Below, one piece after another: positions 26,001 to 38,253 of a stretch of DNA of 64,000 bases. The translations under genes were made by a program, and so were the position numbers. The notes below the pieces were generated by a model that saw only the letters and a program-made list of their open reading frames with translations, made no database searches and was not told where the DNA came from. The DNA is from Macrostomum lignano (Eukaryota). The stretch's first letter is position 1, and each line of letters starts with the position of its first letter. The stretch is taken from positions 186,001 through 250,000 of the forward strand of contig NIVC01001523.1 in NCBI GenBank assembly GCA_002269645.1, read 5' to 3'.

Positions 26001-27501
26001 TTCTATGATTGTTTACATGACGCTTTTATGATTTTTTACATGACGCTTCTATGATTTTCACATGACGCTTCTATGATTTTTTAAATGACGCTTCAATGAT
26101 TTTTATATGACGCTTCTACGATTCTTTACATGACGCTTCTATGATTGTTTACATGACGCTTCTATGATTTTTTACATGACACTTCTATGATTTTTTACAT
26201 GACGCTTCTATGATTTTTTACATGACACTTCTATGATTGTTTACATGACGCTTCTATGATTGTTTACATGACACTTCTATGATTGTTTACATGACACTTC
26301 TATGATTTTTACATGACGCTTCTTTTTAAAAAGTCTTAGTTTTCCTGACGTTGAAAAGCTTTAATTAAAAAAATTATACTCTATGAAAATTCGAACCATC
26401 GTCTTTGCATTTAGCAGTTCGATCGATCGATCACATAGACACAGACAGACCATTTTTAGTATATAGTATTCTACTTTGCTTTTTTAGTATATTGGATTCT
26501 TCTTTGCTACTGAACTGAAAGTAGAAAGCTGTTTCACTAAGTATATATGCCTGAGTGGGCCCATCTAGTTATTTTAGAATCTGAGCTAAATCTAACCAAC
26601 GATCCAATGTTTATGTAGCTTTCTAAGGATCTCCACCGTTCAATGGTTTTATTAAATCTTGATGATCTCGCTTACACAGGATGTCTCTCTCGTACACTCT
26701 CTGTGCCTTTGGGGTTGGCCTACGTGGTTGTGAAACGCAGGAAAATCGCAGTGGAGGGGGGGGCAATTTTTTCTTCCACACCAATATGCCCAATATGAAT
26801 ATGTCTGAGTACAGAATCCAATAACTAATTCGAACCTAGGATGTGGCGTTAGTGTCAGATCTCTACACTACATAAAGCATATCTAATATCGTGTTTATAA
26901 TGCCTAACTATCTATAAGGTGGCCCGGATAAATCGCAACCGGTGTCAGCACTGCCGATTTCGAAAATGCCTCGCCGCCGGCATGTCGAAGGACTCCGTAC
27001 GCTACGGTCGGGCTTCGTCCAGCACCGCCGTCACTGCCGCTGCCGCCGCCGCCGCTGCTGCTGCAGTTGCTGTTGCAGTTCCTGTTGCATCGTCTGCTTC
27101 TACGCCGACTGCCGTAGCCTCAATCGGAGCCAGTGCCGTGGCTGCTCCCGCTACTACGGCGTCGTCTTCAGCGACTTCGCCGTCTCCGACGACGCCGAGC
27201 GGCGGTTCAGCATCGGCGTCGACTTCGTCAGCTATGGAGAAGCTCGACTGCAGCTTCTGGGGCGACGGCCAGATGCAGCAGCAACTGGACCAGCTGGCTG
27301 CGACTGTTCATCAAGCATTCGGCTCCGCTAGCGGCTACAGCCACTGCCGCGCTGGGGGCCTGATGGTGGGCCAGGCCCGCCACGTCACTCTGGTGAGCCT
27401 TTGTCTGTCTGTCTGTCTGTCTGCCTGTCTGCCTGTCTGCCTGTCTGTGTGTCTGTCTGTCTGTCTGCCTGTCTGTATGTCTGTCTGTCTGTCTGTCTGC
27501 C

Positions 27502-27542
<41 letters not shown>

Positions 27543-27545
27543 GCC

Positions 27546-27630
<85 letters not shown>

Positions 27631-27705
27631 GCCTGTCTGTGTGTCTGTCTGTCTGCATGTCTGCCTGTCTGTATGTCTGTCTGTCTGTCTGTCTGCCTGT
27701 CTGCC

Positions 27706-27742
<37 letters not shown>

Positions 27743-27789
27743 GCCTGTCTGCCTGTCTGTGTGTCTGTCTGTCTGTCTGCCTGTCTGTG

Positions 27790-27826
<37 letters not shown>

Positions 27827-27909
27827 GCCTGTCTGCCTGTCTGTGTGTCTGTCTGTCTGCCTGTCTGTGTGTCTGTCTGTCTGTCTGTCTGCGTGTCTGT
27901 CTGTCTGCC

Positions 27910-27942
<33 letters not shown>

Positions 27943-27981
27943 GCCTGTCTGCCTGTCTGTGTGTCTGTCTGTCTGTCTGTG

Positions 27982-28056
<75 letters not shown>

Positions 28057-28057
28057 G

Positions 28058-28096
<39 letters not shown>

Positions 28097-28157
28097 GTGT
28101 CTGTGTGTCTGTCTGTCTGTGTGTCTGTCTGTGTGTCTGTCTGTGTGTCTGTCTGTG

Positions 28158-28212
<55 letters not shown>

Positions 28213-30498
28213 GTGTCTGTCTGTCTGTCTGTCTGCCTGCCTGCCTGTCTGTCTGTCTGTCTGTCCGTCTCTCTGTCTGTCTGTCTGTCCGTCTCTCTGT
28301 CTGTCCGTCTGCATGTCCATCAGTCTATCTATCTGATTATGCACTGTGCTAAAACCCTGAGTGTGTCCAATCTTTTGTAAAAATTGTCGATCCGTTCTAT
28401 TTCATATTTTTTTGTTGAAACGAAATTGTGGTGAATTTCAAACACTGAATAATTTCGTCATCACCAGCTGGTACTTGTTTCGAAAATCGGCAGTTCGGTT
28501 CTCCTCAATAGTTCGGTAGCAAAATAAGCTTCAGTCAGCGATTCGCGGTACTCGGCTGGCGGCTGGCCACTTTGAAGATCAAAGAGAGTGAGAGAGGAAG
28601 AGAGAGAGAGACATAGGGGTCAATGCAATAAAAGTTATGTTTGGTAGGCTTGTAGGTGGGGTTTGAATTAGATTATGCACCTACCCAGTGCGCTCTTGGC
28701 AATTGGCCAGCAGTATTATTAGAAAGTGGCTAGCAACAAGTTTTAGCCTAGCTGCGGTGCATTCGAAAGAGGCCTTTATTGCGGGGATGGGGCGCCAGAG
28801 GCTGGAGCTGTGATTTATAACCCGTGTATCTATTGGTATCCTGTCCCTTACTGCCGTCACTTGTGTTAGCTTATCTCTACCAACCTGGCGTTTTCTGTTT
28901 CTGATATATTGCTGTTGTCTCGTAATGCAGCAAAAGTTGGTTTTTAATTACACAACAGTTAATGTGGCTACTAAGTTGTAATTTATTCCCATGCTAAAAT
29001 AATAGTTATTAGTAGTGGTAGTACTCATCTTAAAGTGTATAACGCAACATATCGGCAATAAAAGTCATAGCTACTAGTGGTTGTCATCTGCAAAGTGTAT
29101 TACGCGGCTTTACGCCACATATCGGAATTAAAATTCATAGTTACTAGTGGTGGTTATCTGGAAAGTGTATTGCACAACATATCGGTGCTAATGTCATACC
29201 TATTAGTAGTGATATACCTACAAATTATAGAACGCTACATATCGTCAGTAATGTAAGTCAATCCTGAGCTGCACTATTCCGCCATTCATGATTATTACGC
29301 CTATTATTTCCATTCGCTCACCCAGGTGCCGGAGGGCCGCGGCCTGAGACCGGACGCCCTAGACGAGCACCGGTTGTGCATGCACCAATCGCTGGCTCAC
29401 CTGTTGCTGCCCTGCATCGAGCAGACTGTCGATTTTGCCAAACGCGTGCCCGGCTTTGCCAAATTCACCCAGGACGATCAGCTGACGCTCATCAAGTCGG
29501 CATTTTTTGAACTATGGCTGCTACAGGTGTCGCCGCATCAGATTGCGGCCGTGGATCAGGGCCACCTGCAGGGCATAGTCAGCAAGATTCTGTTTCCAAG
29601 CGGGCAGCTTGTCAATCAACAGGAGTTGGATTTTGTCTGGTCGCCGCCGCTTGTTGCTAAAATTGCTGAATTGATGCAAATTTTGAGCAGTCTGCAACTA
29701 ACCGAGTGTCAACTGGCCCTGCTCTGCTCTGTTGTGCTCACTAGGCCTGGTGAGTCCGCTTCTTCTTTTATCTTTAATAGCTCAACAAGTTTTGCCATGC
29801 AGTTGGTCTAACTAAAATCCGACCTCATCAAGCTCACCCATCCCACCTCCGGTCCACCCATCACACCTCCGGTTCACCCACCCCACCTCCGGTCCACCCA
29901 TCACACCGGTTCACCCACCCACCTTCGGTCCACCTACCCCACCTCCGGTTCACCCACCCCACCTCCAGTTCACCCACCCCAACTCCGGTTCACCCACCCC
30001 ACCTCCAGTTCACCCACCCCACCTCCAGTTCACCCACCCCACCGTTTTATCCACCCACCTCCAGTTCACCCACCCCGCTTCCAGTTCACCAACCCTACCT
30101 CCAGCTCACCCACCTCACCTCCAGCTCACCCACCCCGCCTCCAGCTCACCCACCCCGCCTCCAGCTCACCCACCCCACCTCCAGCTCACCCACCCCACCC
30201 CGCAGACCGAGCCGGCCTGTCCAACCCAGACGACGTGTCAGCCAATCACAGTCGCCTTCTAGCGGCGCTGCATCAGCAGCTGGACATTTCGAAAGCCTCA
30301 ACACCAGCCGAATCATCGTTGAAGCAGCAACAGCAGCTGACTGCGGGCCTGCAGACGGCTATCCGACAGGCCAGCAGCATAGGCCTATCAATGCAGCACT
30401 GCATACAGTGGTACAGGGACAACTGGCATCGAACTTATCTGCCTCCTTTGTACGCTGAAATTTTTGATATCAGAAAAAATTCCGAGCACACCACGTGA
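16674..30498 (+). CDS. E78: Nuclear receptor E78 (NR1E1; E75/Rev-erb group), 4 coding exons, about 505 aa
   Basis: Exons 16674-17000, 26919-27392, 29326-29749 and 30206-30498, all GT-AG with consistent phases. [44 protein letters not shown]...SVRYGR; [19 protein letters not shown]; C-terminus [17 protein letters not shown] at 30650 and 30731. Confidence 0.9.
17030..17389. mobile_element. Left part of a MITE of about 450 bp split by the Helitron array
   Basis: Aligns with 32030-32375; continues at 26497-26585. Confidence 0.85.
17535..17830. repeat. Satellite A (CAGATAGCAAGCACCCC, 17-18 bp)
   Basis: Tandem array in unit C. Confidence 0.9.
17930..18520. repeat. Satellite B (GACATGGTGGCTCTTTAATGTTC, about 22 bp)
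   Basis: Tandem array in unit C. Confidence 0.92.
18585..18645 (-). other. tRNA-like A/B-box cassette within Helitron unit C
   Basis: Minus strand TAGCCCTGATG...GGGTTCGAATC followed by a T9 run; no intact acceptor stem. Confidence 0.6.
19400..20600. repeat. Satellite A, higher-order form (A monomers interleaved with CAGATATTATAGAAGCATCC)
   Basis: Tandem array in unit B. Confidence 0.92.
20700..23060. repeat. Satellite C (CAAGTGCAATAATCCTTGGTTTAT, 24 bp)
   Basis: About 2.3-kb tandem array in unit B; source of the LSSAIILG and LHLINQG ORFs. Confidence 0.95.
23130..23190 (-). other. tRNA-like A/B-box cassette within Helitron unit B
   Basis: Minus strand TAGCCTAGAGC...GACTGCTAAT...AGGTTCGAATC, then a T6 run. 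Confidence 0.6.
23980..24035. repeat. Interstitial telomere-type (CCCTAA)n repeat
   Basis: About 7 copies of TAACCC inside Helitron unit A. Confidence 0.85.
24850..26325. repeat. Satellite E (CATGACGCTTCTATGATTGTTTA, 23 bp)
   Basis: About 1.5-kb tandem array in unit A. Confidence 0.95.
26383..26430 (-). other. Degenerate tRNA-like cassette within Helitron unit A
   Basis: Minus strand GAACTGCTAAATGC...GGTTCGAAT, then a T7 run. Confidence 0.5.
26497..26585. mobile_element. Right part of the split MITE
   Basis: Matches 32376-32460, including the TIR CTGAGTGG(G)CCCATCTAGTTATTTTAGAATCTG. Confidence 0.85.
26919..27392 (+). CDS. E78: E78 exon: end of DBD and Ala/Ser-rich hinge
   Basis: [31 protein letters not shown]; donor GTGAGC at 27393. 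Confidence 0.92.
27400..28330. repeat. (TGTC)n microsatellite in E78 intron 2
   Basis: Begins about 8 nt after the donor. Confidence 0.97.
28990..29260. repeat. Degenerate tandem repeat of about 63 bp, about 4 copies
   Basis: Recurring AGTGGT...AAAGTGTAT...ACATATCGG. Confidence 0.7.
29326..29749 (+). CDS. E78: E78 exon: ligand-binding domain, helices 3-8
   Basis: [32 protein letters not shown] signature; donor GTGAGT at 29750. Confidence 0.92.
29833..30200 (+). repeat. 20-bp C-rich minisatellite (CCAGCTCACCCACCCCACCT) filling E78 intron 3
   Basis: Runs directly into the acceptor CGCAG at 30205. Confidence 0.92.
30206..30498 (+). CDS. E78: E78 terminal exon
   Basis: Phase-1 junction gives D-RAGLSN; ends [29 protein letters not shown]-stop. 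Confidence 0.9.
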
Positions 30499-32013
30499 CG
30501 ACGGACTTGTTCGCATTGTTCATTATGAAATCTGTAAACATTATCAGGGATTTTTTGATGCGCAAGGCAGCAAAGCATTATCATTTCCCTATATTAGTGT
30601 ACTATACATACTACTGTCTTAGTTTCAATTTTGTTAGTAGTACAAGTTGAATAAAGATAATATGAAGACGGATTTATTGGCGATTACAGGCTCTATATTA
30701 AATGTGTATTTCTAAATCATTTATTTATACAATAAAAAAGCACACATTATTGTTGCTTTAATTTTTTTAAATTATATATATATATATATATATATTCATT
30801 ATCGATTCATTGTGTACACATTATTGTGGCTTGTTAATTATTATTCGACACTTATATAGCTTTAATCCTCATTATTGTTTTTTTCAAAAGTTCGCTTACT
30901 GCTACACACACACATAGCATCGTGGATTATTTGAAAGAGAAAGAGCTAAACAAATTCGAATGGTACTGTCTACTAGTAGTAGTACGCTACGCGTGTTTTT
31001 TGCAATTTTCCAGCAAACGCTGAAAATTTTCTACTTATTTATTGGCTTCCTTGTTGCTTGCTATCTTAATAAGCACTTAATTTCATTTTGCCTTGCCATT
31101 GTTCACATTCGCATGCCTGTCTGCTTACAATTACCTCTCATTGCAACTCGCATTAAACATACATTTTATCTTTGTCCTGTCCCTAAAACTCCCGCAATAC
31201 ACCTTTCTCGTTCTTCTCCTTCCCATATCCCCTTGTTTTTCCCATATCCCCTTTTGTTCCCAATATCCCCTTTCTCCCAATATCCCCTTGTTCTCCCCAT
31301 ATCCCTTTTCTCCCCATATCCCCTTTCTGTATCTTGCATTCTCTTCATATCCCTTCTCATTTAATCTTCCCATTTCCCAGTCCGTCTCTGCTCGCTACCT
31401 CTGCGCGTTGGACAAAACTCTCAGGGGTGTTCGTGTTATTATCTAATTTATCCTCATTTGGATTTGATCGCACGTGTTTTTGGGAATAATTATCCCCATA
31501 AATCTATTGTTAGTGCTTGTAACTGTCTGCGCCGCGCTCTCTCTACAGGGATTTAGCTTTAATATCTATGAATGCAAAGCAGGAAAACACGAATTTTTTT
31601 CCTCATCGATTTTTTCAATCATTAATCTTTTTTGCGCGCTTGTCTGTGTTTTTAAAATTTATGAAGCCGCAACAAGTTTTTTTTTATATAACAAATTCGG
31701 CACCTCAAGCAAACGTTTTGATCAGGTAAAACAAATTTTTTCCTAGTTCCTTTTTTCAAGACTTTTACAAACTGACATTAGTGACAATATATGTATTGTG
31801 TGTACAGTGTCGCAATAACTTAATTAACAGTTTTCTGTCATTAAACAGTTTGTTTTAATTTAATTTAATTGTTATTTCTCTTATTATTTTTCTTCGGGGT
31901 AGCCTTCCACTGCGCTACCTCAAGGCTTATTAATAAATTAGTAACGTGAATTTAGTATGCAGGCTTATGCATTACTCAGGTACGGCATTAGTGCTTGTTT
32001 AAGCATGGATCGA

Positions 32014-32462
32014 CCACAGATACTGGAATAACTAGATGGGCCACTCAGCACATTTGCATGTAAGCTACTTTCAGTTCAGTAGTCAGTTAAACAGAAGCAT
32101 TTTAATTTATTTTTAAAGCCAAGGCTCATTTATTGGCTCTTAACCCCCCCTGATAGCCTTAACCCTCCAACCGCGCCTTTCCACACTACCCCCCCCCCAT
32201 TTTTATTGCCTTTCTCGGAATTCCAGCCTAAAGCTGCCATGTACATTTCAGTGGACTGGCCAATGTACATTACTGCTGAACCAATTAGCAAGTTGTTTAC
32301 GCCTGCAAGCTTGGGCTTCTAAACTTATCAAAGTCATTTCAGCTGCCTTTATTTTTATAAAATAACTATAGTATTCTTCTTAGCTACTGAAATGGAAGTA
32401 GAAAGCTGTTTCACTAAGTATATATGCCTGAGTGGCCCATCTAGTTATTTTAGAATCTGTGG
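32014..32462. mobile_element. Intact MITE of about 450 bp (empty paralogue of the split intron-1 copy)
   Basis: 35-bp TIRs CCACAGAT.CT..AATAACTAGATGGGCCACTCAG with 3 mismatches. Confidence 0.85.
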
Positions 32463-33544
32463 GATAGACAGACAGACAGCAATATGCCACAACAGCTATT
32501 ATACTTATCAATATTTATAGCAATTTCATTCATGAAATTAATTTTGTCTAAATTCTGATAAAATTGCGTTTTGTTAATTCTGTTTTGATTTAACGAGTGC
32601 CTCTGCACTAGTCTGTATTTATTGATTTATTAATATTATTGATACTAATTTACTACTGATGCTCACTACTGCCGCTAAGGTCTATTATTGATTTGTTTTA
32701 TACCTTCTGTATAATCTGTACACAATTTAATTTTTGCTCACTTGGCTGTCAAAATTGATTTTCTTTTATTTTGCCTTTTTAAAGCTTTGTTAGTGCAACA
32801 ATATTCTCATTTATCAGTAAGATTCATGACTAATCATAGTTTGATCTTATGACTCATGATGAGGCTCATGATCGGTCATAAACAATGGCTTTTTGGTCAT
32901 TTGGAGTTCGTGATAGGTCTTAGATAATCTTATCGGTCATAGTCGAGTTCTCTATAGGTCATAGTTGATCTTATCGGTCATAATAAGATTTTAAATTTAT
33001 CATTAGGTAGCTAATCTTATTGCTCCTACCAAGGGTCATGAGTCCAATCGATAATCCAATAAGTAATCTTAATCCAATCTATCAGTCTGTGCATTGTTGG
33101 TCCACTGAAGGCTTTTAAGTAATTGAATTTCTACACTTCCAAATACTGACTACTCTAAGCAATAAATTGTGCGCATCTTTATTCATTATATAATATAACT
33201 CTATTATTGGCTCCACCATTATAATAATGAAAAATTTGATTTTCACCTGTTTCTGATTTTGCTTGCTCACTGGAGTCAGTAAGTGCTTTTTTTCTTAGTT
33301 CCAATGTAAATCCATCTTACTTGATTGACAGCTTGCGTATGATGCTACTTTGTCAGTTTAACAAAAACAATAAACTCAAATATATCGCCGTACAGCTTGT
33401 TTGTCTCCTTAATTGGCGTATTAAGCATGTGTGCGTTTCTGGTGACATTCTTGATCTTCTTCTCGTGTGCTAAATTAAAAACTTTAACAACTCAGTGTTC
33501 TCAGTTTGTTTTCTGCTATTTTACAGAGGGCTGTTGGGGGAAGG

Positions 33545-34975
33545 CAGGGCAGGGAGATTCCCCCCGTGAGCCTTGACATCTCAGCAATTCCCCCAATGAG
33601 CCTTGACATCTCAGCAATTCCCCCCGTGAGCCTTGACATCTCAGCAATTCCCCCCGTGAGCCTTGACATCTCAGTAATTTCCCCCGTGAGCCTTGACATC
33701 TCAGCAATACCCCCTATGAGCCTTGAAATCTCAGCAATACCCCCTATGAGCCTTGAAATCTCAGCAATACCCCCTATGATCCTTGAAATCTCAGCAATAC
33801 CCCCTATGATCCTTGACATCTCAGCGATTCCCCCAATGAGCCTTGACATCTCAGCGATTTCCCCAATGAGCCTTGACATCTCAGCGATTCCCCCCGTGAG
33901 CCTTGACATCTCAGCAATTCCCCCAATGAGCCTTGACATCTCAGCGATTCCCCCAATGAGCCTTGACATCTCAGCAATTTCCCCAATAAGCCTTGACATC
34001 TCAGCAATTCCCCCAATGAGCCTTGACATCTCAGCGATTCCCCCCGTGAGCCTTGACATCTCAGCAATTTCCCCAATAAGCCTTGACATCTCAGCAATTC
34101 CCCCAATGAGCCTTGACATCTCAACGATTCCCCCCGTGAGCCTTGACATCTCAGCAATTTCCCCAATAAGCCTCGACATCTCAGCAATTCCCCCAATGAG
34201 CCTTGACATCTCAGCGATTCCCCCAATGAGCCTTGACATCTCAGCAATTTCCCCAATGAGCCTTGACATCTCAGCAATACCCCCAATGAGCCTTGACATC
34301 TCAGCAATTCCCCCAATGAGCCTTGACATCTCAGCAATTCCCCCAATGAGCCTTGACATCTCAGCGATTCCCCCAATGAGCCTTGACATCTCAGCGATTC
34401 CCCCAATGAGCCTTGACATCTCGGCAATACCCCCAATGAGCCTTGACATCTCAGCAATTCCCCAATGAGCCTTGACATCTCAGCGATTCCCCCAATGAGC
34501 CTTGACATCTCAGCAATACCCCCAATGAGCCTTGACATCTCAGCAATTCCCCCAATGAGCCTTGACATCTCAGCGATTCCCCCAATGAGCCTTGACATCT
34601 CGGCAATACCCCCAATGAGCCTTGACATCTCAGCAATTCCCCCAATGAGCCTTGACATCTCAGCGATTCCCCCAATGAGCCTTGACATCTCAGCAATACC
34701 CCCAATGAGCCTTGACATCTCAGCAATTCCCCCAATGAGCCTTGACATCTCAGCGATTCCCCCAATGAGCCTTGACATCTCAGCGATTCCCCCCGTGAGC
34801 CTTGACATCTCAGCGATTCCCCCAATGAGCCTTGACATCTCAGCGATTCCCCCCGTGAGCCTTGACATCTCAGCGATTCCCCCAATGAGCCTTGACATCT
34901 CAGCGATTCCCCCCGTGAGCCTTGACATCCCAGCGATTCCCCCAATGAGCCTTGACATCTCAGCGATTCCCCCTA
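33545..34975. repeat. Satellite D (CCCCAATGAGCCTTGACATCTCAGCAATTC, 30 bp), homogeneous array
   Basis: About 47 copies. Confidence 0.97.
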
Positions 34976-35126
34976 TGCGAAGCCTTTCTATCCGGCCCTG
35001 GGGTCCTTTCAAATTTTAAAATATTGATACTTCGCAATCTGTCTTGCTGAAGAGTGGTGTTTCTACTCTCCCATCCTCTCGTCTCTCCTTTATTTCCTTG
35101 CCTCTCCTTTCTCGTATCTTTCTTCA

Positions 35127-35172
<46 letters not shown>

Positions 35173-35199
35173 ATAACTATTAACTATTATTAGCACGAC

Positions 35200-35760
35200 A
35201 TTCGAGCGATCGAGCTTCTTGATGCCAGAACAAGCTCTCCCAATGAGATCTTTGCCTCTTTCCCACACCCCTGCGATCCCGGCATTCAGATTTCAGCCTT
35301 CTTGGATGTGCCGCACATGTTGAAGCTGATTCGAAATCATTGGCAGTCCCTGGGAGCATTTTTTGGCCGGACAGAGTAAATATTGATTGGAAATATGTGT
35401 GCACGTTGCAGCAAGTGCAGGAAAGCCACGGACTCAGACTGGGCAATAAGCTGAGCAGGCATCACATTACGAATAAAATGGCTCTAAGAGCTGTCAACGT
35501 ACTATAATGCAGGCGCAGGTGTGCGAAGAATGTTGAAAGTTGTTGAATGTGAGCTCAGTGCAGGTCAGCTTTGACTGCCAGCTCGGGGATGTCACCAGCT
35601 TTTTGTGTCCCTTGCTCACTTGTTGCCTTGAAAAATGTTTTGAACGAGAAAGGAACTGGCGGCTTGATTTTTCCCAGCCGCGATGTCTTTCGTGTCTGAT
35701 GTCTGAAAGAATTTTCACGTACAGGAAGGAGACAACTTTCGATCAGCGATATTTCCTAAT
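35200..35760 (+). mobile_element. P-element/THAP9-like transposase relic
   Basis: DVPHMLKLIRNH, IDWKYV..LQ..Q...GLRLGNKL...HI..KM and GGLIFPS motifs, with frameshifts and an internal deletion. Confidence 0.82.
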
Positions 35761-36973
35761 TTTTAAGTCCATTCGGAACCAGGTGGGCTGTTTTAAGCTC
35801 TTATTATTGTTTCTATTATATCTGCAACAACAAAAAAACGACTCATTTTGTCTGCAAGCATGTACGTTTTTTAGTTTTTCATAAATAAACCATAAAAATA
35901 GTGCTGCATGTTTAAACTGTTGAAGGCTTTATACTTGATACATATTTCAGCACATAAAGCTGGTTAAATGGTTAGCAATCTGCTTCCCACGGCAAAAGGG
36001 ATCAATAATTAATACAGCGAGCCACATGATTGAGAGGTATGATATTGGAAGGGAAGCCCTTGCCTTGCCATCGATCGTGTCACGTGAGGGGGTGCAGACA
36101 GTTGGGGTACCATTAGAGACGAGTATAATTTTGGCCATAAACTTTTCCGTAAAATTTTCCGGCAACTAATTCCGTCAAACAGAAAGCTACATTTCTACTT
36201 GCATACACATTTTAGCGTACAGATAAAACAGACGTAACATTAGGCCGTATGAATAAAGTGAGCAGTTGCTCAAACTCAAACATCGACTCCGGTCTGCATG
36301 AATAAAGTGAGCAAGAGCTCATGAGCATTTGCTCAGGAGTAAGAACTTACTTAAGAACTTAAGTAAGAACTTAAGCACTTACTTCTGTCAGTATGAATTA
36401 AAACCGGACCATAAATTATGAAGCATCTGCTCAAGAAAAAGTGAGGCTGCCCTAAAGCTGACTCCAGACGGTAAAAACCACTTTTTCCATTTTTTCTCTT
36501 TCTGTTTTTTTTCTTTTTTCAAATAAGAGCGCAAACGAGCCCAGACAGGCAATGCTGCTTGGATAACGCAATATTGTTACACTTATTGTTCTGTGGCGCG
36601 TGAGTCAGCTATCGAGCTGGCTGGCTTGGGCAAACCGACCAGCAGCCAGTCGTGCGGGGCCTGCGTACAAGCCCCGTACATTTATAGAGCTCGTCATTCA
36701 TTCTGCTACAACAAACGACTTAAAGACTGTTAAAGCTTTTTTCACACTGGTTGAAGTTTGCTACACCTTTAGATTTTTTCAATCTTCATCGTAAGATTTC
36801 ATAAACAGTTTTGTATTCATAAGTTTGTAAATGATTTTTCTGTGCATGTCTCCTATAGCCCATGTATATCATATTAGGAGTTGAATTTATAGTATTAAAT
36901 TAAATTAAAAATATAGTTTATTCCACAGATTCTGTGGTTTATTCCTTGCCTTTGACTTTCAGACTGAACTAAA

Positions 36974-38253
<1,280 letters not shown>

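Larger units (their letters stand above)
17390..26496 (-). mobile_element. Head-to-tail trimer of non-autonomous Helitrons (9107 bp)
   Basis: On the minus strand each unit begins TCC(A/T)ATATACTAAAAA and ends with a GC hairpin plus AGATTGCTAG. CTAG|TC junctions lie at 23747/23746 and 19113/19112. Inserted at A|T with no TSD. Confidence 0.88.
23747..26496 (-). mobile_element. Helitron unit A (2750 bp)
   Basis: 5' TCCAATATACTAAAAA; 3' GCTCCCCAACGGGGGGCGTAGATTGCTAG. Confidence 0.85.

Noticed and set aside
17930-26325. CRISPR-like arrays
   Set aside because: Repeats are contiguous with no unique spacers, there are no cas genes, and the context is eukaryotic.
18585-26870. Functional tRNA genes (four B-box hits, including 26825-26875)
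   Set aside because: No complete cloverleaf or paired acceptor stem could be drawn; treated as tRNA-derived relics.
27393-28380. VCLS/QTDR repeat ORFs, including the 477-aa extension of the E78 exon
   Set aside because: (TGTC)n microsatellite after a clear GTGAG donor.
33484-35019. 300-400-aa repeat ORFs
   Set aside because: Translations of the 30-bp satellite D.
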